A DNA stretch of 61,030 bases, counting the filler, from Porpidia crustulata (Eukaryota), in assembly GCA_964255105.1 (NCBI GenBank). It is 9 parts of 9 records of this genome, joined end to end, with 100 filler letters (N's around TTAATTAATTAA, not from the genome) between each part and the next. Parts side by side here need not be neighbours in the genome. Positions count along the whole stretch, not along the records: positions 34,004 to 40,688 come from CAXUWE010001478.1; positions 40,789 to 47,472 come from CAXUWE010001479.1; positions 47,573 to 54,253 come from CAXUWE010001480.1; 6 more parts are not named here. The stretch is one strand, 5' to 3'. A program made the translations under genes and the position numbers. The notes below the pieces were generated by a model. The model searched no databases. It had not been told where the DNA came from and worked only from the letters and a program-made list of their open reading frames with translations. Of this stretch, positions 36,838-47,984 are shown one piece after another (position 1 is the first letter of the stretch; each line of letters begins with the position of its first letter).

Positions 36838-38685
36838 ATGATGCTCTCTCGATGGCTTCCACACCCGCGATTATCGTCTTCCCAACGTCCCCTACGACTC
36901 TCCAAGAATTGGCAGAAAGCGCGGAGTCTACGCCTTTTCACCCAAAGATCACAATTGCTACTCATATCTCCTCCATCTACACGCCCTCAACTACCCTACC
37001 TTCATACGCCATCTGATATATGGCTTCCAATATCTCTTTCTCGAAGTCAATTCCAGTATCAGCTATCTCGTCTCCTCACAACAGAGCGGAAACTATGGCT
37101 AAAAAACGAGGTACGGAAAGGTGCCAAATATACCGTGTATGGATGGTCCATGATATTCCTCCTCATGACCGCCTTCTGGGCCTCTATGCAAGAACGTACT
37201 GAACGTTACCATCCATCTCCACCAATGTGGACGATGTTGTCTCGAATATCCTACCGCAATGCATGGAGTGAAGAAGACCTGGGCTTGTCTGGGAAGAGTG
37301 CTGCGAATTGGATTGGATCTGGGCAATATTGGCATCGGCTGCTCTCACGCCTTGAAGATGCATCAATAGATGGCCCTAATCTCCGCACTACTTCCGGGGA
37401 AGAGCGCAATACCTATGTCGCTGGGATAGGAAAGACAGGGTTTAACGTAGGAAAAGAAGGGTTGGATATCTCCTCCAAACCCGAACCATGGCGCCGTGGG
37501 TATCATGCCGCTATCATGGGATGCGCGCGCGCAGCTGAGCATGCTGATGGCTGGGTTCGTGATACCACCAACAACACAGCCTTCCCGTCAGAATTCGTCA
37601 TTGGGCCCTCAAATCCGCGCCCAAAACCCGTACCTCTCGGGTCAGGAGCCGCGCCACTTGAAGAAAACTGTGTACCATGTTTTGACAGACCAGAGACTTA
37701 TTACATGAAAATTTTGAATACCCGTGGGTTCACCACTCGCCAACGGCTTGATGCGGCGCTGAGCTGCGCGGACTGGTTGAACTACAAAGGTTTGCAATCG
37801 AGTGCTGAAGATATGTATGACTGGGGTTTGGATATTGCGATGGGTGCAGTTCCCGTTGGGTTTGATGGAGTGGCAGATACCAGTTCTGGTGTCATCAATG
37901 CAAACTCTCAACATGTCACTTCAAATCTGTTGCTGGCTACGACATCTTTAGCTATGCATCACGCTCGGAATGGCAATCTTGCTACCGCACTTCCAGCTTT
38001 CTTGTCTGTCATACGAGCTCGACGGCAGCTTCTACCTTGCCCCGAATCTGCTTCAAACACAGCCGAAGCGTCAGCGCGAGAAAAACCTACTTCGACGTTG
38101 CGCAGTATCATCTCGTTTCTTTCATCTGCCATTATATCTCCACCCTATCCTCCTCCACCAACCACAGGTGACGAAATCCCCACACGTACGTCCGAACAAA
38201 TATGCGAAGAAGCGGCCGTAATGGCCTACGTCGGAGAGATACTGTTTGCTTCTGCATCTTTGGGCTCTGCCCCTGGTACTTCATCTAGAGACTCTAGCAA
38301 AACCCAAAATCGGCAATCTGGTCTAAGCTGGACACGAGATGCCGTCGACGTAGCAGAAAGAGTCCTGCTATCTGTAAGTGGTGATAATTCGGCTGCGAAA
38401 CAGAAATGTTCTGAGTGTTTGGAGGTGGGAATGGGCAATTGGTCTAAGATGGTGAATAAGTTGCTAGAAGGAGAGATTGAAAAGAAACGTTCTGCACAGT
38501 CTAAGAATAGCAGCGGTATGAGCTGGTTTTGGGGAAAGAATAATAATGTGATTGTGGAAGAAGAAAAGTGGCAACAGGAAGCTAGATTGGTTGGAGAGAA
38601 GATGAAGAGTGTGGACCGTATGCTTAGACAGGAGCAGAGCCGGAAGGAAGCGGCTGATAGTAAATCGGGATGGTTCTTCATATGA
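36838..38685 (+). CDS. Conserved Pezizomycotina hypothetical protein, probably mitochondrial membrane-anchored and helical
   Basis: Long intronless ORF (open from 36784, first ATG 36838); Arg/Ser/Leu-rich acid-poor N-terminus and one TM segment YTVYGWSMIFLLMTAFWASM. Confidence 0.8.
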   Translation: MMLSRWLPHPRLSSSQRPLRLSKNWQKARSLRLFTQRSQLLLISPPSTRPQLPYLHTPSDIWLPISLSRSQFQYQLSRLLTTERKLWLKNEVRKGAKYTVYGWSMIFLLMTAFWASMQERTERYHPSPPMWTMLSRISYRNAWSEEDLGLSGKSAANWIGSGQYWHRLLSRLEDASIDGPNLRTTSGEERNTYVAGIGKTGFNVGKEGLDISSKPEPWRRGYHAAIMGCARAAEHADGWVRDTTNNTAFPSEFVIGPSNPRPKPVPLGSGAAPLEENCVPCFDRPETYYMKILNTRGFTTRQRLDAALSCADWLNYKGLQSSAEDMYDWGLDIAMGAVPVGFDGVADTSSGVINANSQHVTSNLLLATTSLAMHHARNGNLATALPAFLSVIRARRQLLPCPESASNTAEASAREKPTSTLRSIISFLSSAIISPPYPPPPTTGDEIPTRTSEQICEEAAVMAYVGEILFASASLGSAPGTSSRDSSKTQNRQSGLSWTRDAVDVAERVLLSVSGDNSAAKQKCSECLEVGMGNWSKMVNKLLEGEIEKKRSAQSKNSSGMSWFWGKNNNVIVEEEKWQQEARLVGEKMKSVDRMLRQEQSRKEAADSKSGWFFI

Positions 38686-38856
38686 ATTATGCCTACGAAC
38701 TACTAAAGATCTGCAAAATACACCAGCTAAAGGATTTGACAAGAGTTCGTAAAACAGAAGTGCCGGATCAGGGCTCTAGAGACTAGCCAGGGCCACAAGG
38801 GATGCTAGGATACAATTTCAGGAACGGGTGGGTCCAAAGAAAGGACCACCAATGCC

Positions 38857-40196
38857 CTACACCGACCCACCAAGTGTCTGCCCGCTCCAATTGGCAGCTT
38901 CCTTGGCCTTGCTGATCACTACGCTCGGCCCTGAGGTTGTTTCGTCACCGTCCTCTTGAACACACTTCACACTCCGTGCTTCTTTATTGTCCATACCGAT
39001 ACCAAATTGTTCCAACTCCTCGTACCCTGGGACGTCAGCCACAAGCTGGAAGAACGAAAGTATGCTTTTGTAGGCATAGGGCATGATTGTCTCTTCGTGA
39101 ATGTTGGTACCGGCTGAGTAGCAGTTACAGCCAAAGTCTTCCCGTCCGGTAAGAATTGTTTCGAGAGGCTCTTCAGATATAAGATATGCGCGGGCTCGCT
39201 AAGATCAAGTCAGTGGGTAAAGCACGAACCATTGGGTTTGAAAAGAGACTCACCATCGCCCAGAATTTAGCAAAATTTTCGTGCCATAATTCGTATCCTG
39301 GATAGACCGAGGATGTCCCCACGGCGATGGCTTGAATCCTGCTCTTCCAGGTTTCCCAATTAGTCTGCAAATACTCCAATACTTTCCAAGCACCGTCACT
39401 AAGTCCAATGATGTCAATGGCTATATCTTTCCGTGCCAGCCTTCCGATAGCCTCAAAGACAGATTGAACGTGTGCAGCCATATCCTTGTTCCCAGGTACG
39501 CGGTTCTTCATCTCGTTGATCCGCATAAGCTCACTGACAGCAGTCTTCCTGGGGAGGGCATTCCATGTCTGCAGCGTCACTGCTCTCGCGCCACGACGAT
39601 ACCATATAAGCTGGCCCATGTTTGCAATTACAATCGCTGGGGAATCCTTGGAAGACCGAATGGCATGTACAAAACCAAGCGCACTCCCACATTCAAGGCT
39701 CTCTTGACCCATGGTTCGGTAAGCAAATATCCCGAGGTCTTGAAGCGCTTCACCAAAGTAGAGGATTATGCGTTTGGCGTTGGACAGGTTCGTGGAGGTA
39801 AGGATTGGTACATGTGGATCAGTAGGACTGGCGTTAAGTGGAAGACGGGTGACTACGAGGGTCGACGCCATGAACCGATCGTGTAGCAGACGACGAATAC
39901 AGGCTTAGCAATATATGTAAGCTAAGCTGGAATAAGCTGAGACAAAGAACGCACTGTTCATGGCTTCGCGCTGAACGTCATTAACACGCATGTTCTTCGA
40001 GATAAAGTAATTGAACTCCTGGTCTGGACGCTCGATTGATCGAATCTGATCATCCTTATCGTTGTAGAAGTATCTAAAGATGTAGTCAGCCCCCAGTCAG
40101 CTGTCATTCTAGACATGAAGGAATCAACCCTAGCTTTTCGAGATCGGCAGGAAACTCAAAGTCCTTTGGCAGGCTCTTGCTTAGGCGGCGAAACAT
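38857..40196 (-). CDS. ARB2: Arb2-domain protein (Argonaute chaperone/FAM172-like alpha/beta fold); introns 40074-40128, 39904-39954, 39199-39253
   Basis: Spliced model MFRRL..FPADLEKL|GYFYNDKDDQIRSI..QREAMN|TCIR; HVPILTS.NL, QDLGIFAYR, IANMGQLIW, |RARAYLIS..FGCNCYSAG. Confidence 0.8.
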
Positions 40197-40688
40197 CTTG
40201 CTGAGCGCCAGAGAATTTGAACAAGCTTCGCGCCGGGTCTGCGAGCTTCGGTAGGGGGCGAGAGAGTATCGAAGCTGCGAGGTGGTACTTGTATGTATTT
40301 GGACAATAAAGATAGATTGTAGATGGATGCAAGGAATGAATGATACAGCGGAACAATAGAATCGAGGCTTCTAGTGTTGGATCCGCTGATTGAAGGAAAT
40401 GATGACTGTAAAGTGAGTTGTGCGAACAATGGCAGAGTGAAGTCATCTGTGCGTAACCGAAAGGTCAGACGAATGGAGGGAGCGTCAAACAAGTGGTACA
40501 TCTCGAGGGTAGGACGTCAGGCGCAGAAGGTCAAGCTGAATCTAGAAATCATCACCTATCCACCATCTAGATGTGAACACATCTACCAACGCCTCTCAAT
40601 GCAACAACATGCCACTCGCCCCAAAACCCCCTTCCACCGTCCACAATCTCCCCTCCTCAATCACCAACTCGCTTTCTTCACCCCCGGC

Positions 40689-40788
40689 NNNNNNNNNNNN
40701 NNNNNNNNNNNNNNNNNNNNNNNNNNNNNNNNTTAATTAATTAANNNNNNNNNNNNNNNNNNNNNNNNNNNNNNNNNNNNNNNNNNNN
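40689..40788. other. Artificial contig spacer
   Basis: N44-TTAATTAATTAA-N44. Confidence 0.99.
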
Positions 40789-41056
40789 GGTAGGGTGAGG
40801 ACTATGCTAGCCATATTAGGCATACTCTTGCACATTCCTGGCTGCACGAATATCTTCCTTCCCAGCCATCTTAGAGAGCTCTTAATTTCACACAATCTCA
40901 ACTTCATCCAAATTAATCATATATTAGCACAATACGTAAGAAAATCCGCTTACATGCTGGATGAATTAACGCCTCAAGGTCTCTTGATAATATATTATCC
41001 GAAATGCGTAAGGATGAGGAAGAAGGCTCGCTGGACAGCTCTTAATCCTAGATAAG

Positions 41057-43191
41057 CTACAAGAGGCAAAATTGGCGAGCATGAGTTTTACCATCCAGGA
41101 CGTCGTCCATTGTCTCTCCATGCATGATCCCATGAACGTAACTAGAATCAAAAAGCGATTTGCTGTTAGCACAATTATAAACGGTCGTAGCGTTCTAAAG
41201 AAAGAAGTCGAAAGAAAAGTGCTGGCTCACCCCTCTCCAATGAAAACATGATGTTCCGTCTCAGCGGTCTGATAGTAACTATTGCATTTGAGTCCGTTTC
41301 GTAGGATCACAGGGACATGGCAATTGAAGAGAACGCATACAATATCGCCAATCTCAGCTTCCGGGGGCGCCAGACCTAGCAAGCCTTTCTGAGTCGTCAT
41401 GAATCGGCGCCGATGTCGTGGCAGGTGCATTCTGAGCACATCAGGACCCAGGGCACCCTCGAGGTTTATCTCATTCGGCAAAATTTGGTAGTCTGGATCA
41501 TTATAATTGTGAAAAGCCCGCTTGACTTCCAGACACGGCTTTCCATCCACGCGATCGCCAACAAGAGTGCGAGTGAGTGCCGAGGCATATGGCTCGGTGA
41601 AGTGTCCAGGGTATGGTTTCTGCATTTCCTCGCCACCTAGCTTTTCGACCATCTGCAGGCTTTGTGCCAGGACATTTTGGTGGTGATTTCGCATGGGGGC
41701 GCTCAGGATGGTATTAATCTCTGGCATTTCCTTAAGAGGGTCGAGGTTGTAGGCATCTCCTACCTCGGTTATAGTGTCGACATTCACGCCGGGCACGACC
41801 ATTATTTGGCGTAGAGTGTCATAGAATATATCATGACGGCCTTCCGCCCCCAACGAATACTGCATATTGGCGGTGACGGCTGGCTCGGACGCAGAATGAT
41901 TTCCATGGGCCGCAAATCCATTTCCCACGTGGAAGATGCTGCTCATTGAGCCTCTGAAAGAATTCTCCGGATTCAGCCGGAAGTCAGGCACCCAGCTGGG
42001 AAGACTGAGGTCCCGGCCAGGACCTCGACCAGCCAAAATGAAGTTGAGATCTTGGTCCTTCTCAACAATCTGTGATGTGACCTGTTTGTATATCTCATTT
42101 GCAGATTCGGTATAGTCGAGGCTTTGAAAAGCAGAGTCCTGTCCGTTCGTTGACACGCCAATGAGTGCAAAGACTCGGTCCTTTGCTCTTTTGCACTGAT
42201 GCGTTCCGGCATAAGCCCGGAGCCAGTACTTCAAGTCAAGAGGCCCGCTGTGGTTGCGCTCGCGTCGAAACCGGCCAAGCATTGCAACGTTCTCCTGCGT
42301 CGGAGAGATCCAACGTCGTGATGCAAATGGTATCATTGGGATTTTTTGGTCAAGAATCACGCTTAAGATACTAGGAATCATGTCGAGAGCAAGGGATCTT
42401 TTCCCACACATGGCTAATGGATTTCGTGATACAATTACCTCCTGCACAATCCATAAGCGGGAGAAGTACGGTCGCAAGACTATATCACCAAAATTGCGCC
42501 AAGCTTGGAGATTTCGTTTTGAGTCAGCCACCAGAGCTATTTGGAGGTCCTCCCGCTGATGATCCCATTTCCCAAAGTGTTCTATCACAACGTCGCTTGC
42601 GTTCGTACTTGGTCCAAGCCAGACAATCGTGCTCGAGGCTGTAGAATAGATGTCGCGGACCAATTTCCACTGGAAGCTCATCTCAGTCTCGTCCGCTTGG
42701 TTGATACACATGGCGTCGATCCAGATTGATTGGTCATAGTGTGGCGATCGAAGGTGCTCGAGCGCAACGCATACGCTTGACGTTGCCAGAAATGCCTTGC
42801 CATTCACAGAGACTGACCTCACATCGCAATCATCACCCCAGTGATATGACAGTGCCCAATAGTATGATTTCAGTGGTACAATCTTGAGTCCGAGTTTGAG
42901 AGGAGCGGACGCTGAAGAGCTCCTCCTGAGGACTATCACTCGGATGTCTGTAGAGGTGCTCTGCAGGCTTAGTCCGGCGTACACTCCCTGATTTACAGTG
43001 TTGATATTTCGCCGTCGCAGTTCCCTTTGGCTTCCTCCTTGGGAACTTTCTTGGGTGTCTATCGATGTCTTTCTATCGCTTTGGTCTTGGTTACCGCGTT
43101 TTGGGGATTCCGAGCCATTACTTTGTTCCGATGACTTGGAAGTCGCTGCCCATGCAACCACTGCGGCCGCGGCCAGAAACCAGAAAACCAT
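41057..43191 (-). CDS. HET-domain protein, HET-6-like; intron 41142-41230
   Basis: HET blocks YWALSYHWG, IWIDAMCINQAD, IYSTA..TIVWLG, YFSRLWIVQEV; DRVFALIG, LPSWVPD, GDIVCVL..C.VPVILR; spliced GEG|YVHGIMHGE. Confidence 0.92.
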
Positions 43192-43424
43192 CTCCGCCAA
43201 CTGAACTGCCTAGACTTTTAGGCGCTTACAGCATATCTGATCAGCGATCCTCTTAAGAAATACAGTGTCGACATCACGTTGTAGACCGCACCGCTCTATT
43301 GCTCAACAGGCACAGACTTTGAGATCTTCAGATTGACGTGGAACAGGGGCCGAGAATGGTGTACTCCGAGAAGCCTTCTGATTATGAAGATGGAACTGAT
43401 CAGGCCAAGGACGCCACATCATCG

Positions 43425-43619
43425 TATCCCTTTAGCTGGCTGTGAAGCAGCCACCAGGATGTTCGGCCAGCTTATCTATCAAAAAAACAGTTTATACCTA
43501 CCTTATACAGGGTGACAGGCTACGGGCTACTAAGCTCCACCAAGATAATTACATCCATATATTTAGAGGTAAGGTGGCCGAACATTCTGGTGGCTGCTTC
43601 ATAGCCAGCTGAAGGGATA
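43425..43619. mobile_element. MITE-like element A (195 bp; 53-bp TIRs beginning TATCCCTT.AGCTGGC)
   Basis: 43425-43477 matches the reverse complement of 43567-43619 at 48/53 positions; TA at both termini. Confidence 0.8.
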
Positions 43620-44099
43620 CACAGCCGTAGGATTTGGCACAGCAATTGGGCCGCAGCTCACCCAGGATCACCCACACTCGCGCGAGGCTCACCAGTGTGC
43701 CGTGTCGCGCGACCTTAGAGCGGCGCACACCAGGCCCGGAGGAAGGTGATTCCGGGGTACATTTTCATCGTCTTGGCGATGGATTTACAGAAGGGTTCCG
43801 TCGGTTCGCTTGCCAAGGGTAATTTTCAGAATGCCTGCTCGTACACTCTGACAAGCCTGAGACATTCAAATAATTGATGTCTGACGAGCGCGATCATGTT
43901 GATATCTACTCATCACGCACACCCCTCGCGCCGTGACGATCAAAAAAGCACGCGACAAGCACAAGCTGTCAAGAATGCGGCAAGTTTATCTCGCTTTCGT
44001 AAGTGTAGTTAATCAGAGTACTGATGCTGCATTCAATCTGTCAGATCATCGGCTGAGTCAAGTAGATTTCGTTCAGTCTGATTTCGACAAACTTCTCTG

Positions 44100-45180
44100 T
44101 TCAATTAAGAGCTGTGATTGTCGATACGCACATTGTGAAGCTCTGAACAAGCACTGTCGACGAAAAAGCGACGTCCTTGAGCTTACTAGCTAGGCGTTCA
44201 AAGTAATCGTTCTTCAGTCTGCTTTTAGTCGAGTTTGCGGCTACCGGTTGATCGCCACCAGAAAGTCCACCTAGTAAGCAAGCACAGACTAAGTCGACAA
44301 CCAAGTGCTCATAGAATTTATGACTATTGTCATACGCGATTATCACGTCATCCTCCTCGAGCTGCGTTGACCTAAGGGAGGTTGATGTTAGTGAATATAT
44401 TTTACTCAGTCTCTGTCCGGTGACGACAGAAGACCTACCCATGAATAGTGACGCCCAAAGCCTGACCAGACGTCTTTTTCAAAACTTTCTGTAAAAGCAC
44501 CATATAAACGTATAAATTTTTCTAAAAATCCATTTCCTCAGAAGCCATTCGCCAAGCACCGAAGTTGTAATCACCAATATATTTGCCGAGAAGCTTGAAC
44601 TTTGTCTCGTAATTTGCGACTTTACAAACGGCAACGATGTGAAAAGCCCAGATATTCCCCCAAGATTCACTGGTTTCGCTCCTCGACTGGTTAGTAATCG
44701 TATAAAAGAAGAAGCTCCAAAAGGGCTGCGAGACGCTTATAAGCATCAGATGTATCCTCTCGGTTCAAAGAAAGGAACAAATCGATAGAGCCCTCCGTGT
44801 TCTCAAGAGTCAACTTTATTTTCAGTATCAAGGGGATTTTGCGTCATGCCACGGAACAGAATTACCTAGTTTCTCAACGCGGTATCAAGAGGAATTGCTT
44901 TGGTCATCTCATCGCTAAAGAGAGCAAGCAAGGGACTAAGATCAGTGAACAAAGCCTCTAGCAAGGTTGCTAGTGTCGACGGAGGGAGTGGCCGTGACCG
45001 TGCTTGAGGTCGTGGTTACAACCATAGCTCCGAACACAACGTGGGGAGTCTATACAAGTGAATTGAGTTAAGAAGCTGCTCTTTTACCTTGAGCGAGAGG
45101 AATTGCGCCAAATACTTTGACTCTGCGCTTATTGAAGAAGCGAGAAGAGTGAAAGAGCTAATAAGGACATGGTGGATTAG
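44100..45180 (-). pseudogene. Decayed multi-exon gene relic
   Basis: Two frame-preserving introns, 44814-44865 and 44372-44438 (GTAGGT..CTAAC..TAG); protein-like exons interrupted by TAG/TAA stops and at least one frameshift. Confidence 0.5.
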
Positions 45181-45695
45181 AAGCTAGATAGGTAGAGCTT
45201 TATCACCGGTGGCTTTGGGGCCACCGTGGGGCTGATGGCTGATCTGCGAAATCCTCGGAGAATAGATATTCCTTGCCATAGTCTCTTAGCCGTGTTATTG
45301 TCAAATTTAGAATTGAGAATTATCGCTTTAATTCGAGAAAGAAAACAAAAAGTCGCTTTGAAGAAAACAGGAGAAAGCACTAGAAAACAAAGGAGAGTAA
45401 GAAAAAAATGCACATGAACACAGCACAGAAAAGCATGAATTGACTGGCTCGTACTCGACTATAGCTGCTCACGTTATTTACAACAAAATTCGTGAACATT
45501 ATTGCCTGATTCAGACTTCTTCCGCCTAGACTCAGCCCTTCACCTTCCCACAGTCAGTCATCGTTGAAAGATATACCCCATCGCAAGCCTGGCGGGGAAC
45601 AAAGTATCGTATTTTGACTCCGTCAATAGAAAGACATAGAGAGAAAGATAAATAACCTGTTACGTAAGTTTTATGGGGTGTCAAAGTCCTCAATA

Positions 45696-46683
45696 TCATG
45701 AACCTCGATAGTAGAGTAGCCAAATAGCCAATCCCAACACGGCAAGCGGCAGCAGCGCAAACCTCACCGCGCGCTTGAAAGTATTGTAAAGTCCTCTCTT
45801 GATGATAATCGCGAGTAATTCCTGCAAGGCCTCGGAATCATTGACGCGCGGAAACGGCACATCCGGCACCGGCTTACCCAGGAACTCGCACAGCGGCCCC
45901 CAGCCGTCTTTGAGCTGAAAGTCCAGCAAGCGATCCTTGGGTGTGACACGCCTGACGAGTACGTAGTGATCGCGATACGCCGGCCGCGCCTTCTCCCGCA
46001 TCTCGGCCCGCGAGTGCGAGTCCATCCAGCCCGTCGCCCAGCGGCGGTGGCAGCGTCTCACGGGGCGGAGCAGCCAGGGGTCCAGCTCAGAAACGAAACT
46101 GATCCAGGGGCTCCACTGCGGTATGATGACGTTGGTGTCGAAGCTGCGGTACCAGGATTCGATCTCGCGCTCGACCAGGATCACTTTGGCGTCGGGGTAC
46201 GCGGCGACCAGATCCTCGGCAAAGGCGACGGCGGGCGGGTCGGCGCTGACGGCGCCGTAGCTGCCCAGGAGCTGGTCCCAGTCGGTGCGGGTGAAGCGGG
46301 GGCCTTGGTTCAGATATTTGGCGTCCATGGCCTCGTTCCACATGTCGCAGTCGCGGATGTTGGAGAAGAAGATGGAGGAGTGGTAGCAGTTGTAGCCCAG
46401 GATGTTCAGGGCGGCTTGGATTGCTGGGGGGCCCCGAACGGTCCGTTTTGGTTAGTTAATCGTTGGGAAGACATCGACACCGGTTTGAAGGATATCAACG
46501 CATATACAATAATGTATGATTTGAACCACCAGACTTACACATTGTGCCGGTTCGTGGAAACCCGAGATTCATCACCTCCATGGGCACCACGCGTTTACGT
46601 TGGCGCCGGTCGATATTCGTTTGTGGCATGAAGAGCTCCGGGTGTTTTTCCTTCATCGTTAGCTTCTTGGGGTTCGACATCAT
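45696..46683 (-). CDS. P-loop sulfotransferase-like protein (Sulfotransfer_4 type) with C-terminal membrane anchor; intron 46424-46538
   Basis: VMNLGFPRTGTM|SIQAALNILGYNCYH, AVSADPP, YPDAKVILVER..ESWYRS, DGWGPLCEFLG..P..PFPRVN, hydrophobic tail. Confidence 0.9.
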
Positions 46684-46807
46684 GTTTTTCTTTCCACCGC
46701 GCAGTTGCAGGAATACCGATAGAGATGGTGGATAGCTGAGAGGATATGCTTGAGGCAATCATTCAATCCGAAGTAGAAAGGCCCGCTGTGATAACAGCGG
46801 ATGAACG

Positions 46808-47003
46808 TATCCCTTCAGCTGGCATCGGTGTGCCATCAGGATTATCGGGCATCATATCTGTACGGTCTTATCCTAACCTTCAGACTATATCTATAATCGC
46901 AAGCCTCTATCCATGAGAGTAGCTGATATAGGTGTAGTGGTTATCCGTCTAGGTGTGATGCTCGATAATCCTGATAGCACATCGACTGTCAGCTGCAGGG
47001 ATA
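46808..47003. mobile_element. MITE-like element B (196 bp; ~58-bp TIRs with the same termini as element A)
   Basis: tatcccttcagctggcatcggtgtgccatcaggattatcgggcatcatatctgtacgg pairs with ccgtctaggtgtgatgctcgataatcctgatagcacatcgactgtcagctgcagggata. Confidence 0.8.
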
Positions 47004-47030
47004 GGGAGCTGGCAAGGATTTTACAGTTCG

Positions 47031-47232
47031 TATCCCTTAGCCTAACAGTCCGCGTGTCACTAGGATTATCAACACCTTACTAATTCAGTATTACCCTAGC
47101 CCTAGCCCTGCGCCTATAATGGCATCTAGGTACCTTAGGTACTTAAGTACCTAGGTAAGTTTGAACAATGGTGAGTTACCACTCACGCCACTCTAGGTAT
47201 CGGGTGTATCTGTTTAAGTAGCTCAAGGGATA
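47031..47232. mobile_element. Degenerate third copy (C) of the same element family
   Basis: Starts tatcccttag..cagtc..gtgtc..aggattatc and ends agctcaagggata; 202 bp; contains an 18-bp perfect palindrome taggtacttaagtaccta at 47136-47153. Confidence 0.45.
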
Positions 47233-47472
47233 GGTAATTAAAGGTACCTAGAGAAAGCAAGATCGTAGGCGTTCATTAGTCATAGCAAGGTAAGAAACTG
47301 CCATGCTAACAACGTACTTCTATCCACCCATGGGCATCCCACGCGTGACGCCAGTATTCTCTCATTTGATCAATCTGATATCCTGGTTTGGATCAGATCG
47401 GGTCGCAGCTCGGGAGGGGTTGAAAATAGTTAGCCACGGGTTGAAAACGCTAGCGTTAAATCTTGACCCGCG

Positions 47473-47572
47473 NNNNNNNNNNNNNNNNNNNNNNNNNNNN
47501 NNNNNNNNNNNNNNNNTTAATTAATTAANNNNNNNNNNNNNNNNNNNNNNNNNNNNNNNNNNNNNNNNNNNN
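47473..47572. other. Artificial contig spacer
   Basis: N44-TTAATTAATTAA-N44. Confidence 0.99.
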
Positions 47573-47984
47573 GAGATAAGGGTGGAGGTTGCGTACTTCC
47601 TTCGGAGGAGGACGGGTCCGGGAGGAGTTTCGATTCGGTATGTTAATTTTCTTACTCTAGCATATACGACAATATGTGGAGAACCGGTGGATGGGAGACT
47701 TGCATACTGGGATCGTTGTTACGTATGAACGGTGGAGAATGGGCGTCGTGATCTTCATCTCTGGACGGAGAGAGCTACGAGGAACAAGAATGGGTGGTTT
47801 TGCTCGTGAATGTCGTTAAATTCCTAATAATCATATCCTGCACGATCTTAATAGAAGGAGATACCGTCTATCGTGAAAGCTTATCCAAAAGAAAACATAG
47901 ATGGAGGAAAGAGAACCAAAAGAGAGGCCGAGACCACGTCCATGACCCGAGCTGTTTTCCCAAAAAAGAAAAAGAAAAAAAAAA

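Noticed and set aside
38857..43191. Apparent Arb2 (RNAi) plus HET-domain 'defence cluster'
   Set aside because: The genes are on different contigs separated by the 40689-40788 spacer
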